64,000 bases of DNA from Candidatus Latescibacterota bacterium. GTDB taxonomy: Bacteria; Latescibacterota; UBA2968; UBA8231. The translations under genes and the position numbers were made by a program. Positions 47,058-56,973 of the stretch are shown here, one piece after another (within the stretch, counting starts at the first letter, position 1; every line of letters starts with the position of its first letter). The stretch is taken from NCBI GenBank assembly GCA_965221775.1, contig CBDCSU010000005.1:1344001-1408000 (forward strand), written 5' to 3'. A model generated the notes under the pieces. It saw only the letters and a program-made list of their open reading frames with translations. It searched no databases and was not told the origin of the DNA.

Positions 47058-48038
47058 ATGCCCGCCCTCAAGACCCACGCCAGGCCTTCCTGCGGGCACC
47101 TCCTGATCGGCGCCGACTCGGGCCTGCGAGAGGTCGTCGAAGCCGTCGACCGCGTCCTCGGACTCGATGTGGACGTGCTCGTCGTCGGCGAGAGCGGCAC
47201 CGGCAAGGAGCTCGTGGCCCGCCTGCTGCACGAAGCCGACCCGGAGCGCAGGACAGGTCCTTTCGTCGCCGTCAACTGCGCGGCCCTGCCGGAGCACCTG
47301 CTCGAGTCCAATCTCTTCGGCTACTGCCGCGGCGCCTTCACCGGCGCCGATGCCGACCGCCCCGGCCTGTTCCAGCAGGCGCGGCGAGGCACCCTGTTCC
47401 TCGACGAGGTGGGGGAGCTGCCGGCGGCTTCCCAGCCGAAGCTGCTGCGCGCCCTCGAGGAGCGGCGGGTCCGTCCCCTGGGCGGCACCGAAGAGGTCCC
47501 GGTGGACGTGCGCGTCGTCTCCGCCACCAACCGCGAGCTGTCGCAGGCGATGGAGGAGGGCCGCTTCCGCCCCGATCTCTACTACCGCCTCGCCGACTAC
47601 GTGATCTCCGTGCCTCCCCTGCGGGAGCGGAGGTCCGACATCCCCGACCTCGCCCGGCACTTCCTCGGCCACTTCCGGGAGCGCTTCGGACGCCAGCACG
47701 TGCACGGCCTGAGCGAGGGCGCCGTCTCGTGGTTGAAGAGCCGCGACTGGCGCGCCAACAACGTGCGCGAGCTCAACGTCGTCATCAAGCGCGTCGTCCT
47801 CGAGTGCGACGACCCGGTGATCACCCCCGAGCACCTGTGGGCGGCGTGCTCCCGCGACGAGGTCCGCGGCGAACCCGGCCCCACCGAAGCCGTGGACGAG
47901 GGCCGGCGCCTGCGTCAGGCCCTGGAGCATTGCGGCGGCAACGTCGCCGCCACGGCGCGGCTCCTGGGCATGAAGCGCTCCACCCTCTACGACCGGCTGC
48001 GCCGCTGCGGCCTGCGCACCCCGCCGAGGCCCGGATGA
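47058..48038 (+). CDS. Sigma-54 activator (AAA+ + HTH, no sensory domain)
   Basis: GESGTGKE, ESNLFGYCRGAFTGA, LFLDEVG, FRPDLYYRL, NNVREL, GNVAATARLLGMKRSTLYDRL. Confidence 0.88.
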   Translation: MPALKTHARPSCGHLLIGADSGLREVVEAVDRVLGLDVDVLVVGESGTGKELVARLLHEADPERRTGPFVAVNCAALPEHLLESNLFGYCRGAFTGADADRPGLFQQARRGTLFLDEVGELPAASQPKLLRALEERRVRPLGGTEEVPVDVRVVSATNRELSQAMEEGRFRPDLYYRLADYVISVPPLRERRSDIPDLARHFLGHFRERFGRQHVHGLSEGAVSWLKSRDWRANNVRELNVVIKRVVLECDDPVITPEHLWAACSRDEVRGEPGPTEAVDEGRRLRQALEHCGGNVAATARLLGMKRSTLYDRLRRCGLRTPPRPG

Positions 48039-48973
48039 CCGCTCTGCCCGCCCCCTGGCGCCGCGCCCTCGACCGCCGGCGCCCGCTCTTCGACCTGTCG
48101 GACTCCGGTCTCTGCGCGCGGATGCTCGACGACGAGGACCCGTCCCTGCGCTGCGACCGCTACGGTCCGGTCTGCTGGTTCTCCTGGTACGGCGGCGCCT
48201 CCCCCGGGCCGGAGGACTTCGGGCGCCTCGCCGCCTTCACCCGCGCCGCCGGCGCCGTCCACTGGCACCTGCGCCACATGCCCGACCGCGGGCGGGACCC
48301 CGGCCTGCGGCGGACCTGGTCCTCCCCCGGGGCGCCGGAGACGTGGGTCGCCGCCGAGGCGGGCCTGCGCTTCGAGCTGCGCGCCGGCGGCGGCCAGTCG
48401 GCCGGCCTCTACCTGGATCAGCGGCGCAACCGCGGCTGGGTGCGCGACCACGCCCGCGGCGCCCGCGTGCTCAACCTGTTCGCCTACACCGGGGGCTTCG
48501 GGATCGCCGCCCTGGCCGGCGGCGCCGCCGAGGTCGTGCAGAACGACGTGAGCCGCACCAACCTCGACTGGGCCCGGGAGAACGCCGCCCTCAACGGAAT
48601 GGGCGCGGCCGCCGTCGAGTACGCCGCCGTCGACGCCCGCCTGCTGGTGGGAGGCTGCCGCAGCCGGGGCCGCCGGTTCGACGCCGTCATCTGCGATCCC
48701 CCCGCCTTCGCCCGCTCCCGCGGCCGGGACGCGGGGCCCTGGCGCGTCGAGCGCGACCTCCCGGCGGTGGTGCGCGAGTGCGTGGGGCTGCTGTCGCCGG
48801 AGGGCTGGATGCTGGTCTCGTCGGGCTGCGAGAGCTGGGAGGAGGGCGCCTTCGAAGGCGCCGTGCGCCGGGGGCTCGCGGCAGGGGGCCGTATGGAGCC
48901 GGCGCCGGGACCGGGCCAGGACTGCGGCGGCGCCCGGGGGAGGCTGCGGTCGGTGGTCGTGCGCCCGCGCTAG
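48035..48973 (+). CDS. Class I SAM methyltransferase (RlmI/RlmK-like)
   Basis: GLYLDQRRNR, VLNLFAYTGGF, FDAVICDPPAF. Confidence 0.85.
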   Translation: MTALPAPWRRALDRRRPLFDLSDSGLCARMLDDEDPSLRCDRYGPVCWFSWYGGASPGPEDFGRLAAFTRAAGAVHWHLRHMPDRGRDPGLRRTWSSPGAPETWVAAEAGLRFELRAGGGQSAGLYLDQRRNRGWVRDHARGARVLNLFAYTGGFGIAALAGGAAEVVQNDVSRTNLDWARENAALNGMGAAAVEYAAVDARLLVGGCRSRGRRFDAVICDPPAFARSRGRDAGPWRVERDLPAVVRECVGLLSPEGWMLVSSGCESWEEGAFEGAVRRGLAAGGRMEPAPGPGQDCGGARGRLRSVVVRPR

Positions 48974-49740
48974 CGGGGCAGCGGCGGCAGGTCCCAGACG
49001 GCGCGGGCGGCGCCCCCGAAGATCCACTCGCGGTCGGAGTCGCCCAGGTCGCCGAAGTAGTCGAGGGGCACCCGCAGGGAGTTGTGGTAGCCCTCGCGGC
49101 CGCTCACCGGCGGGAAGTCGGAGCCCCACATGAGCCGCTCGGGCCCGAAGGCCTCCAGGGCCAGGCGCGCCACCGGCGGGATGGGGTCCCAGGGCATCGG
49201 CCCCGTGCAGAACTCGCCGAAGCCCGGCAGCTTCATCGACAGGTTCGGCCGGTGGGCGATCTCGTCCAGGCCCTTGCGGTACTCCGCGTCGGTGTCGGCG
49301 CGTCCGACGCTGGCCAGGTGCTCGATGCAGACCGACAGCTCCGGGAAGGTGTCGAGGACCTCGCGGAACGCCGGCGACCGCATCTCCTCCGGGGTGGAGA
49401 CGGCGCTGACCACCAGCCCGAGTTCGTCGGCCGTGCGCCAGTGCGCCAGCGGGTCGGCGCCCCGGGCGCGCGACTCGACGCCGAGGCGGATGCCGGTGAG
49501 GCCGGCCTCGGCCCAGCGCCGCATGGCGGTGCCGTCGTCGTCGGGATCGACGATCATCGCCGCGGCGAAGCGCCCCGGGTGGCGCCGCAGACAGTCGACG
49601 AGGTAGCTGTTGTCGCTGTTGCCGCCGTACTGGATGAGCACCGCCTGGCTCACCCCCGAGGTCTCCATGTGGTAGAGGAGGGACTCGACGGGCTCGTACT
49701 TGAGCAGGCCGGCGTGGCAGTGGGTGTCGACGATGAGCAT
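48970..49740 (-). CDS. Amidohydrolase_2 family protein
   Basis: IVDTHCH, CIEHL, MKLPG, RLMWGSDFPP. Confidence 0.85.
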   Translation of the reverse strand: MLIVDTHCHAGLLKYEPVESLLYHMETSGVSQAVLIQYGGNSDNSYLVDCLRRHPGRFAAAMIVDPDDDGTAMRRWAEAGLTGIRLGVESRARGADPLAHWRTADELGLVVSAVSTPEEMRSPAFREVLDTFPELSVCIEHLASVGRADTDAEYRKGLDEIAHRPNLSMKLPGFGEFCTGPMPWDPIPPVARLALEAFGPERLMWGSDFPPVSGREGYHNSLRVPLDYFGDLGDSDREWIFGGAARAVWDLPPLPR

Positions 49741-50516
49741 CAGGCCACGGCCATCGGCGGGACCCCGCCGACCTCCTCGGCGAGGCGGTGGTAGTTGAGG
49801 GCGCCGGTGGAGCGCGGCTCGTGGAGGATGATCGGCCGGCCGAAGCTCGGCGCCGCCGCCAGGCTGACGTTCCGCCGGATCTCGGTGGAGTAGACCTTCT
49901 CGTCGAAGTACGACTTGACCTCGGCGGCGACTCTGCGCGACAGCTGCAGGCGCTCGTCGAACATGGTCAGCAACACCCCCTCGATCTCCAGGGACGGGTT
50001 GAGGTAGCGCTGCACGAGCTGAATCGAGTTGAGCAGCTTGCTGAGCCCCTCGAGAGCGTAGTACTCGCACTGCACGGGGATCAGGCAGGAGTTGGCCGCG
50101 GTCAGGGCGTTGAGGGTCAGCAGGCCGAGGGAGGGAGGACAGTCGACGATGACGAAGTCGTAGTCCTCCCGGGTCGACTCAAGAGCCTCGGCCAGACGCC
50201 TCTCGCGCCCGAGGATGGAGGCCATCTCGACCTCGGCGCCGGCCAGCGAGATGTGGGAGGGCGCCAGGTCGAAGCCGGGGATGGCGGTGCGGAAGATCAC
50301 CGATTCGAGGGGGGCGTGGCCGAGGAGGACCTCGTACACGGAGCCCTCGATGCCGAGGGGGCCCGCGTCGCAGCCGCTGGAGGCGTTGGCCTGCGGGTCC
50401 ATGTCGATCAGGAGGGTGGGACGGCCGGCGGCGGCCAGGCAGGCCGACAGGTTCACCGCCGTCGTCGTCTTGCCCACTCCACCCTTCTGATTGGCGACGG
50501 CGATGATTCTACCCAT
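49740..50516 (-). CDS. parA: ParA/Soj family ATPase
   Basis: IAVANQKGGVGKTTT, DMDPQANAS, VDCPPSLGLLT, PVQCEYYALEG. Confidence 0.93.
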   Translation of the reverse strand: MGRIIAVANQKGGVGKTTTAVNLSACLAAAGRPTLLIDMDPQANASSGCDAGPLGIEGSVYEVLLGHAPLESVIFRTAIPGFDLAPSHISLAGAEVEMASILGRERRLAEALESTREDYDFVIVDCPPSLGLLTLNALTAANSCLIPVQCEYYALEGLSKLLNSIQLVQRYLNPSLEIEGVLLTMFDERLQLSRRVAAEVKSYFDEKVYSTEIRRNVSLAAAPSFGRPIILHEPRSTGALNYHRLAEEVGGVPPMAVA

Positions 50517-50749
50517 GGGTCTCGCAGCCTCTGAGGGAACGCAGGAATAGCGCGGTTCACAGGGAACGAACCGCGCCCGGACGCGCCGGAGAGTCGGATT
50601 TTCCAGGAGCGTAGCAGCCGTGCGCGGCAAGGTATCCCCCCCTCCGGGGGGCGTCAACCTGCCCATCCGAACCCTTCGTGGCGCCCGGGCCCGGGGCGCG
50701 TACATTTGCCGCCCCGGCAGGTGACACCACCCCCCACCAGGGACCCCCT

Positions 50750-51574
50750 TTGACCGATCCGCGCCCGCCCTCCCCCTTCTCCGAGCTCGTGGAGATCATG
50801 GCCCGCCTGCGCTCGCCGGACGGGTGTCCCTGGGATCGGGAACAGGACCACCGGACCCTGAAACCCTACCTGCTCGAGGAGGCGTACGAGGTCCTGGAGG
50901 CGATCGACGACGGCGGCGGCGAGCTGTGCGCCGAGCTCGGGGATCTGCTGCTGCAGATCGTCTTCCACGCCCAGGTGGCGGCCGAGGACGGGCGCTTCAC
51001 CATGGACGACGTCTGCCGCGCCATCCACGACAAGCTCGTGCGGCGCCACCCCCACGTCTTCGGCGACGCGCAGGTCGGCGGCGCCCCACAGGTGGCGGCC
51101 AACTGGGAGGCGATCAAGCGGTCCGAGCGGGAGGAGGCCGGCCGCCCCGCCTCGGCCGTCGACGGGGTGCCGAAGCCCCTGCCCGCCCTGCTGCGGGCGC
51201 AGCGGGTGCAGGCCAAGGCCTCGCGCGCCGGCTTCGACTGGGACCGCATCGACGAGCCCCTGGACAAGGTGGCGGAGGAGTTCGAGGAGCTGCGCGGCGA
51301 GTGGCGCGGCGGTGCCGGCGGGTCCGGGGCGCGCAGCCGGGTCGAGGAGGAGTTCGGCGACCTGCTCTTCGCCCTGGTCAACACCGCCCGCTTCCTGGAG
51401 GTCGACGCCGAACAGGCCCTGCGCGCGGCGGTGGACAAGTTCGACCGCCGCTTCCGCCGCGTGGAGGCGGTCTTCCGCGAGCAGGGGCGCGACCTGGAAA
51501 AGGCGACGCTGGAGGAGATGGACTCGGTCTGGAACGAGGTGAAGAAGACCCCGGAGAGGAGAGCTGCGAGATGA
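50750..51574 (+). CDS. mazG: Nucleoside triphosphate pyrophosphohydrolase MazG
   Basis: LRSPDGCPWDREQ, EEAYEV, ELGDLLLQ, RRHPHVFG, EEFGDLLF. Confidence 0.93.
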   Translation: MTDPRPPSPFSELVEIMARLRSPDGCPWDREQDHRTLKPYLLEEAYEVLEAIDDGGGELCAELGDLLLQIVFHAQVAAEDGRFTMDDVCRAIHDKLVRRHPHVFGDAQVGGAPQVAANWEAIKRSEREEAGRPASAVDGVPKPLPALLRAQRVQAKASRAGFDWDRIDEPLDKVAEEFEELRGEWRGGAGGSGARSRVEEEFGDLLFALVNTARFLEVDAEQALRAAVDKFDRRFRRVEAVFREQGRDLEKATLEEMDSVWNEVKKTPERRAAR

Positions 51575-52224
51575 GCGACGAGAGAGCGAGCATCGAGGTG
51601 TTGGAGGGCGGTCCCCTGCTGGTCAAGAACCTGGACAAGCTGACCGGCGCCGACGACCGGCCCGTGGAGAAGCCCGTGGGGCGGGAGGACAGCGACAGGA
51701 GCGTCTACGCCCTGTGCCGCTGCGGCGGCTCGGCGAACAAGCCCTTCTGCGACGGCACCCACAAGGAGAACGGCTTCACGGGCGAAGGCGGCCCCCCGGA
51801 GGAGGAGGAGGTCCGGGTCTGCGAGGGGCAGGAGCTGACCATCGTCGACAACGTCGGCGCCTGCTGCCACGCCGGCGAGTGCGTCGACGGCGCCCCCGAG
51901 GTGTTCTTCCGGTGGGAGGGGGACGAGCGCCGGGCCGAGCCCGACGCCGCCGACCGGCAGAAGATCATCGACACCATCCGCCGCTGCCCCTCCGGCTCGC
52001 TGGCCTACCGCCTCGGGGACCAGCTCCACGACGAGTACTTCTCCGAGGCCGAGATCTTCGTCTCGGAGGACGGCCCCCTGCACGTGCGCGGGGGTCCCGA
52101 GCTGGTGGACGCGAGCGGGCCCGCCCCCGTCTCCAAGGACCACTACGCCCTCTGCCGCTGCGGCGCCTCGAAGAACAAGCCCTTCTGCGACGGCGCCCAC
52201 CGCGACGCCGGTTTCACGGGATAG
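51571..52224 (+). CDS. CDGSH-type Fe-S protein (two CDGSH motifs around a divergent 4Fe-4S domain)
   Basis: LCRCGGSANKPFCDGTH, CCHAGECV...CPSGSL, LCRCGASKNKPFCDGAH. Confidence 0.9.
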   Translation: MSDERASIEVLEGGPLLVKNLDKLTGADDRPVEKPVGREDSDRSVYALCRCGGSANKPFCDGTHKENGFTGEGGPPEEEEVRVCEGQELTIVDNVGACCHAGECVDGAPEVFFRWEGDERRAEPDAADRQKIIDTIRRCPSGSLAYRLGDQLHDEYFSEAEIFVSEDGPLHVRGGPELVDASGPAPVSKDHYALCRCGASKNKPFCDGAHRDAGFTG

Positions 52225-52230
52225 CGGCCC

Positions 52231-52644
52231 ATGAGAGCTCGAGAATCGATGGCGGTGCTGCTGATGCTGGCCCTGCTGCCGGCCTGCGGGGGCGAGGACT
52301 CGCCCGTCGCGCCCCCGAAGGAGCCGGGCCCCGTCACCCTGGCGCGGCTGGCCGCCGAGATCTTCACCCCCAAGTGCGCCACCAGCGGCTGTCACGCCGG
52401 GGGCGCCCCGTCGGCGGCCCTCTCCCTGGAGGCGGACCGGCTCGCGGAGATGATCGGCGCGAAGAGCCATCAGGAGGAGGGGGCGCTGCTGATCGACCCC
52501 GGCAACCCCGACGGCTCCTACCTGATCAGCAAGGTCAAGGGCACGGGTTCCGGCGAGCGCATGCCCATCGGGCTGGACCCCCTGACCCCCGAGGAGATCC
52601 AGATGCTCGTCGACTGGGTGGCCGCGGGCGCCCCCACCTCCTGA
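52231..52644 (+). CDS. Lipoprotein, putative c-type cytochrome (CX4CH)
   Basis: Lipobox LPAC; CATSGCH; PGNPDGSYL...RMP...WVAAGA (planctomycete cytochrome c-like). Confidence 0.65.
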   Translation: MRARESMAVLLMLALLPACGGEDSPVAPPKEPGPVTLARLAAEIFTPKCATSGCHAGGAPSAALSLEADRLAEMIGAKSHQEEGALLIDPGNPDGSYLISKVKGTGSGERMPIGLDPLTPEEIQMLVDWVAAGAPTS

Positions 52645-53531
52645 TGGCGGGCACCCCCGAACTTCTCGTTGACGGCCTCTTCTTCCCCGAGGGCCCGCGC
52701 TGGCGCGTCGGCCCCGGGGGCGAGGGCCGCCTGTGGTTCTCCGACGTCCTCGGCGGCGAGGTGAAGCGCGCCGACCTGGACGGGCGCCTCGAGACGATCG
52801 CCGCCGTGCCCGGCTGGCCTTCCGGCCTCGGCTGGCGCCCCGACGGCACGCTGCTCGTCGTCTCCGTGATGGAGGGCCGGCTGATGGCCGTCGGCGACGG
52901 CGGCTCCCTGGAGGTGGCGGCGGACATGAAGGCCGTGGACGGCCTGCCGTGCAACGACATGGTCGTCGACGGCCGCGGCGGCGCCTACGTCGGCAGCTGG
53001 CAGGGCCTGGACGAGTCGATCCCCTGGGGGCCGGGGAACATGCCCGGCTTCAGCCACATCATCCGCGTCGAGCCCGGCGGCGAGGCGAGCATCGCCGCCG
53101 ACCGCGTGACCTACCCCAACGGCGCCGTCCTCTCCCCCGACGGCGGCACCTACATCGTCGCCGAGACCTTCGCCAACCGCCTGACCGCCTTCGACGTCGA
53201 GGACGACGGCTCGCTGACCAACCGCCGCGTCTGGGCCGACATCGGCGCGCCCCCGGACGGGATCACCATGGACGCGGAGGGCTGCCTGTGGGTGGCCGTG
53301 CCCTGCTACGCCTACGGCGGCCCGGGGGGCTACCTGCGCCTGCGCGAGGGCGGCGAGATCGTCGACCGCATCGACGTGGACGGCGTCGCCTCGTACGCCT
53401 GCACCCTCGGCGGGCCGGAGATGCGGACCCTGTTCCTGTGCCAGTCGACGGTCCTCGGCCACGAGCGCCATCCCGGCGACGGGCGGATCATGGCGGTCGA
53501 GGTCGACGTGCCCGGCACGGGCACCCCGTGA
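52644..53531 (+). CDS. SMP-30/gluconolactonase/LRE family protein
   Basis: FPEGPRW, PSGLGW, CNDMVVD, YPNG, PDGITMDAEG. Confidence 0.9.
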   Translation: MAGTPELLVDGLFFPEGPRWRVGPGGEGRLWFSDVLGGEVKRADLDGRLETIAAVPGWPSGLGWRPDGTLLVVSVMEGRLMAVGDGGSLEVAADMKAVDGLPCNDMVVDGRGGAYVGSWQGLDESIPWGPGNMPGFSHIIRVEPGGEASIAADRVTYPNGAVLSPDGGTYIVAETFANRLTAFDVEDDGSLTNRRVWADIGAPPDGITMDAEGCLWVAVPCYAYGGPGGYLRLREGGEIVDRIDVDGVASYACTLGGPEMRTLFLCQSTVLGHERHPGDGRIMAVEVDVPGTGTP

Positions 53532-54361
53532 CCGTCCCCTTCCCCGCCCTGACCCCCTCCCAGCGGCTGCACCTGGAGGTGAACGGGTACGTCGTCGTCG
53601 AGGGAGTTCTGAGCGCCGGCGAGGTGGAGGCCCTGCGGGAGACCACGTACGAGATCGAGCGCCGCTACCGCGAGACCGGCAAGCCGCCCGGCCCCAGCTG
53701 CCACCTCTCGGCCACGCAAGACGACTTCTTCCGCGTCGACAACCTGCCGCACCTGGCCCCCTGCTACTTCGACTACCTGACCCACCCGCGGCTGCTGGGC
53801 ATGGTCCGGGAGATCGTCGGCGGCTCGGTGCGGCTGGAGCAGTCCGACGCCCACATCCGGCGGCCGGTGGCGGCGGAGGAGCAGCGCTACGGCTTCCACC
53901 GCGGCATCAACCCCGGCTTCCACCACACCGACCAGGGGCTCTACCACTTCAGCTTCGTCAAGACCCTGACGAACCTGACCGACCTGGGGCCCGACGACGG
54001 CGGCACCGCGGTCATCGCCGGCACCCACAAGGTGCCGGAGGAGGTCGGCGGACGGGCGATCACCGAGGCCGCCCTGGCCGACCCGGGGCTGATCCACCAG
54101 GTGGAGGCGCCGGCGGGGTCGACGCTGCTGTTCTACGAGTCCCTCATGCACTCCTCGGGGATCATCCGCTCGGACCGCGACCGGGTGCTGATCATCGGCG
54201 GCTACACGCCGACCATGTTCCAGACGTGGAACGGGTACGAGCCCGACCCGGAGTTCGCCGCCGGCCTGCCGGAGGAGCACCGGGCCCTGCTGACCGGGGA
54301 GAGCCGCTACGGATGGCAGCGGCGGGCGCGGTCCCTGGCCGAGCCCCGGGCCGAGCCCTGA
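53528..54361 (+). CDS. Phytanoyl-CoA dioxygenase (PhyH) family protein
   Basis: NGYVVVEGVLS, FHRG, DGGTAVIAGTH, AGSTLLFYESLMH. Confidence 0.8.
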   Translation: MTVPFPALTPSQRLHLEVNGYVVVEGVLSAGEVEALRETTYEIERRYRETGKPPGPSCHLSATQDDFFRVDNLPHLAPCYFDYLTHPRLLGMVREIVGGSVRLEQSDAHIRRPVAAEEQRYGFHRGINPGFHHTDQGLYHFSFVKTLTNLTDLGPDDGGTAVIAGTHKVPEEVGGRAITEAALADPGLIHQVEAPAGSTLLFYESLMHSSGIIRSDRDRVLIIGGYTPTMFQTWNGYEPDPEFAAGLPEEHRALLTGESRYGWQRRARSLAEPRAEP

Positions 54362-54446
54362 GCGGGCCGCGTCTGGCACAAGGCCGCCGAGTACAGGATA
54401 TTTCCCCGACCGCCGTGTTCCACTGCAGTACCGAAACGAGGTTCTC

Positions 54447-54803
54447 TTGGTCTCCGAGTACGGCTTCTTCGGCGCCCTGCTGATCATCGGCGCGGTTCTC
54501 GGCCTGGCCCCGGTCATCGCCCCCCTCTTCCTGGCCCCCCGCTCCCTGGGCGCCAAGACCCGCGACACCTACGAGTGCGGCGTGGACACCGAGGGCAGCG
54601 CCTGGGTGCGCTTCGACATCGCCTACTACCTCTTCGCCCTCATCTTCGTCGCCTTCGAGGTCGACGTCCTCTACATCCTGCCGGTGGCCGTGGTCTTCGG
54701 GGAGTACGCCTGGCGCGACCTGATCGAGCTCTCCCTGTTCATCGGCATCCTCTTCCTCGCCGTGATCTACGCCTGGCGCAAGGGCGTCCTGCACTGGAGG
54801 TAG
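54447..54803 (+). CDS. nuoA: NADH-quinone oxidoreductase subunit A
   Basis: [28 protein letters not shown]. Confidence 0.93.
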   Translation: MVSEYGFFGALLIIGAVLGLAPVIAPLFLAPRSLGAKTRDTYECGVDTEGSAWVRFDIAYYLFALIFVAFEVDVLYILPVAVVFGEYAWRDLIELSLFIGILFLAVIYAWRKGVLHWR

Positions 54804-54807
54804 AAAG

Positions 54808-55326
54808 GTGACCGAAGCCAGGGAATCGTCCGACGTCCTGCTGGAGCAGGCGCGGCCCCTCGTGCATCTCGACAAGCTCGAGAACCTGCTCAACCACGCC
54901 CGCGCCAACTCCCTGTGGCCGCTGACCTTCGGCCTCGCCTGCTGCGCCATCGAGATGATGGCCGTGGGCGCCTCGCGCTTCGACCTCGACCGCATCGGCG
55001 CCGGCGTCTTCCGCCCCAGCGCCCGCCAGGCCGACGTGATGATCACGGCGGGCACGATCTCGCGGAAGATGGGCCCCGTCATCAAGACCTTGTGGGACCA
55101 GATGCCGTCGCCCAAGTGGTCGATCGCCATGGGCGGCTGCACCATCGACGGCGGGCCCTTCAAGTACCCCGGCCAGTACGCCATCGTCGAAGGCGCCGAC
55201 AAGATCATCCCCGTCGACGTCTACGTCCCGGGGTGCCCGCCCCGGCCGGAGGCGCTCTTCGCCGGCATCCTCAAGCTCGAAGAGAAGATCAAGTCCGGGG
55301 ACACGGCCCCGGCCACGGTGGCGTGA
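54808..55326 (+). CDS. nuoB: NADH-quinone oxidoreductase subunit B
   Basis: [30 protein letters not shown]. Confidence 0.95.
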   Translation: MTEARESSDVLLEQARPLVHLDKLENLLNHARANSLWPLTFGLACCAIEMMAVGASRFDLDRIGAGVFRPSARQADVMITAGTISRKMGPVIKTLWDQMPSPKWSIAMGGCTIDGGPFKYPGQYAIVEGADKIIPVDVYVPGCPPRPEALFAGILKLEEKIKSGDTAPATVA

Positions 55327-55823
55327 GCGGCCCCCTCCCCCCGCCGGCGGGAGTCACCGGCTCCTCCGAGGAGGACTACGCGGCCCGGGGCCACCACCAC
55401 CGGCACGAGGCCGCCGCCGCGGACATGCCCGAGGTGGCCCGCACCTTCCGCGACGCCGGCTACCACCTTGAGCACCTCACCTGCCTCGACGAGCGCGGCG
55501 ACGAGGAGGTGGGCGCCTTCACCCTCGCCTACCAGTTCAACCGGCCGGGCGGCGCCGACCGCCACCTGGTGAGCGTGCGCCTCGACGGCGGCCGGCCCGC
55601 GGTGAGCATCGCCGGGGTCTTCCCGGGCGCCGACTGGTACGAGCGCGAGGTCTGGGACATGCACGGCGTGCCCGTGGAGGGGCACCCCGATCTCAAGCGC
55701 ATCCTCATGCCCGAGGAGTACAGCGGCCATCCCCTGCGCAAGGACTTCGTCGACGAGGATCCCCTGCGCTACCAGCTCTCCGGGGTCGTGGTCGAGGAGA
55801 CGGAGGAGGAGGAACAGCCGTGA
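55323..55823 (+). CDS. nuoC: NADH-quinone oxidoreductase subunit C
   Basis: [13 protein letters not shown]...[12 protein letters not shown]...HPLRKDF. Confidence 0.9.
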   Translation: MSGPLPPPAGVTGSSEEDYAARGHHHRHEAAAADMPEVARTFRDAGYHLEHLTCLDERGDEEVGAFTLAYQFNRPGGADRHLVSVRLDGGRPAVSIAGVFPGADWYEREVWDMHGVPVEGHPDLKRILMPEEYSGHPLRKDFVDEDPLRYQLSGVVVEETEEEEQP

Positions 55824-56962
55824 CCGTGAGTCCCTCCCCGACGATGGAGCTGGTCCCCGACGAGGCCGACCGCGAGACCTACTACCTGAACATGGGGCCC
55901 CAGCACCCCTCCACCCACGGGGTGCTGCGCCTGCGCCTGCACCTGGAGGGGGAGCGCATCCTCGCCTGCGAGCCGGTCATCGGCTACGGCCACCGGGCCC
56001 ACGAGAAGATGGCCGAGAACCGCGACTACCTGCAGTTCCTGCCCAACACCAGCCGCATCGACTACCTCTCGGGGATGATCTACAACCTCGGCTACTGCCA
56101 GGCGGTGGAGAGGGCGATGCAGATCGAGGTGCCGGAGCGCGCCGAGTACATCCGCGTCATCGCCGGCGAGCTGAACCGCATCTCCAGCCACCTGCTGTGG
56201 ATGGGCACCTACCTGCTCGACCTGGGGGGGCTCACGCCCTTCCTCTACGCCTTCACCGACCGCGAGAAGATCCTCGACCTCCTCGACTACGTCACCGGCT
56301 CGCGCCTGACCTACTGCTACGGGCGCTTCGGCGGCGTCACCATGGACGTGGACGATGTCTTCCTGCGAAACGTCTCCGACTTCTGCGGCTACTTCGAGGA
56401 CCGCCTGGAGGAGTACCACAAGCTGGTGACGCGCAACGTCATCTTCCGCCACCGCACCCGCGGCGTGGGGGTCATGGGCGAGGAGCTGGGTCTCGACTAC
56501 GGCGTCACCGGGCCCTGCCTGCGCGCCGCCGGGATCGCCCGCGACGTGCGCAAGGACGAGCCCTACGGGATCTACGACCGCCTGGAGTTCGAGGTGCCCA
56601 CCGGCGGCAACGGCGACTGCTTCGACCGCCACATGGTGCGCATGGCCGAGATGGAGCAGTGCCTGCGCCTGATCGAGCAGGCCCTGCGCGGCATCCCCGA
56701 GGGGCCGGTGCAGGCGCCCAAGGTGCCCAAGCGCATCCGGCCGCCGGCGGGGGACCACTACTTCGCCTGCGAGTCGGCGCGCGGCCACTTCGGCATCTAC
56801 ATCCGCAGCGACGGGACGGACATCCCGGTGCGCATGAAGATGCGCACGCCCTCCTTCGCCAACGTCTCGACCATGCCCGCCGTGCTGCCGGGGACGATGC
56901 TGGCCGACACGGTGGCGATCCTGGGCAGCGTCGACGTCGTCATCCCCGAGATCGACCGGTAG
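55820..56962 (+). CDS. nuoD: NADH-quinone oxidoreductase subunit D
   Basis: [29 protein letters not shown], ends EIDR; no NiFe CxxC motifs. Confidence 0.95.
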   Translation: MTVSPSPTMELVPDEADRETYYLNMGPQHPSTHGVLRLRLHLEGERILACEPVIGYGHRAHEKMAENRDYLQFLPNTSRIDYLSGMIYNLGYCQAVERAMQIEVPERAEYIRVIAGELNRISSHLLWMGTYLLDLGGLTPFLYAFTDREKILDLLDYVTGSRLTYCYGRFGGVTMDVDDVFLRNVSDFCGYFEDRLEEYHKLVTRNVIFRHRTRGVGVMGEELGLDYGVTGPCLRAAGIARDVRKDEPYGIYDRLEFEVPTGGNGDCFDRHMVRMAEMEQCLRLIEQALRGIPEGPVQAPKVPKRIRPPAGDHYFACESARGHFGIYIRSDGTDIPVRMKMRTPSFANVSTMPAVLPGTMLADTVAILGSVDVVIPEIDR

Positions 56963-56973
56963 AGGCGCCGCCC

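Noticed and set aside
49740-50516. Plasmid or prophage partition locus
   Set aside because: The protein is a chromosomal Soj-type ParA with no adjacent parB, parS or rep; orphan parA genes are common.
50750-51574. MazG as part of an anti-phage module
   Set aside because: It is the housekeeping tandem-domain type with backbone GC content and no defence neighbours.
54373-54390. Sigma-54 promoter upstream of nuoA (TGGCAC)
   Set aside because: No TTGC at the -12 position.
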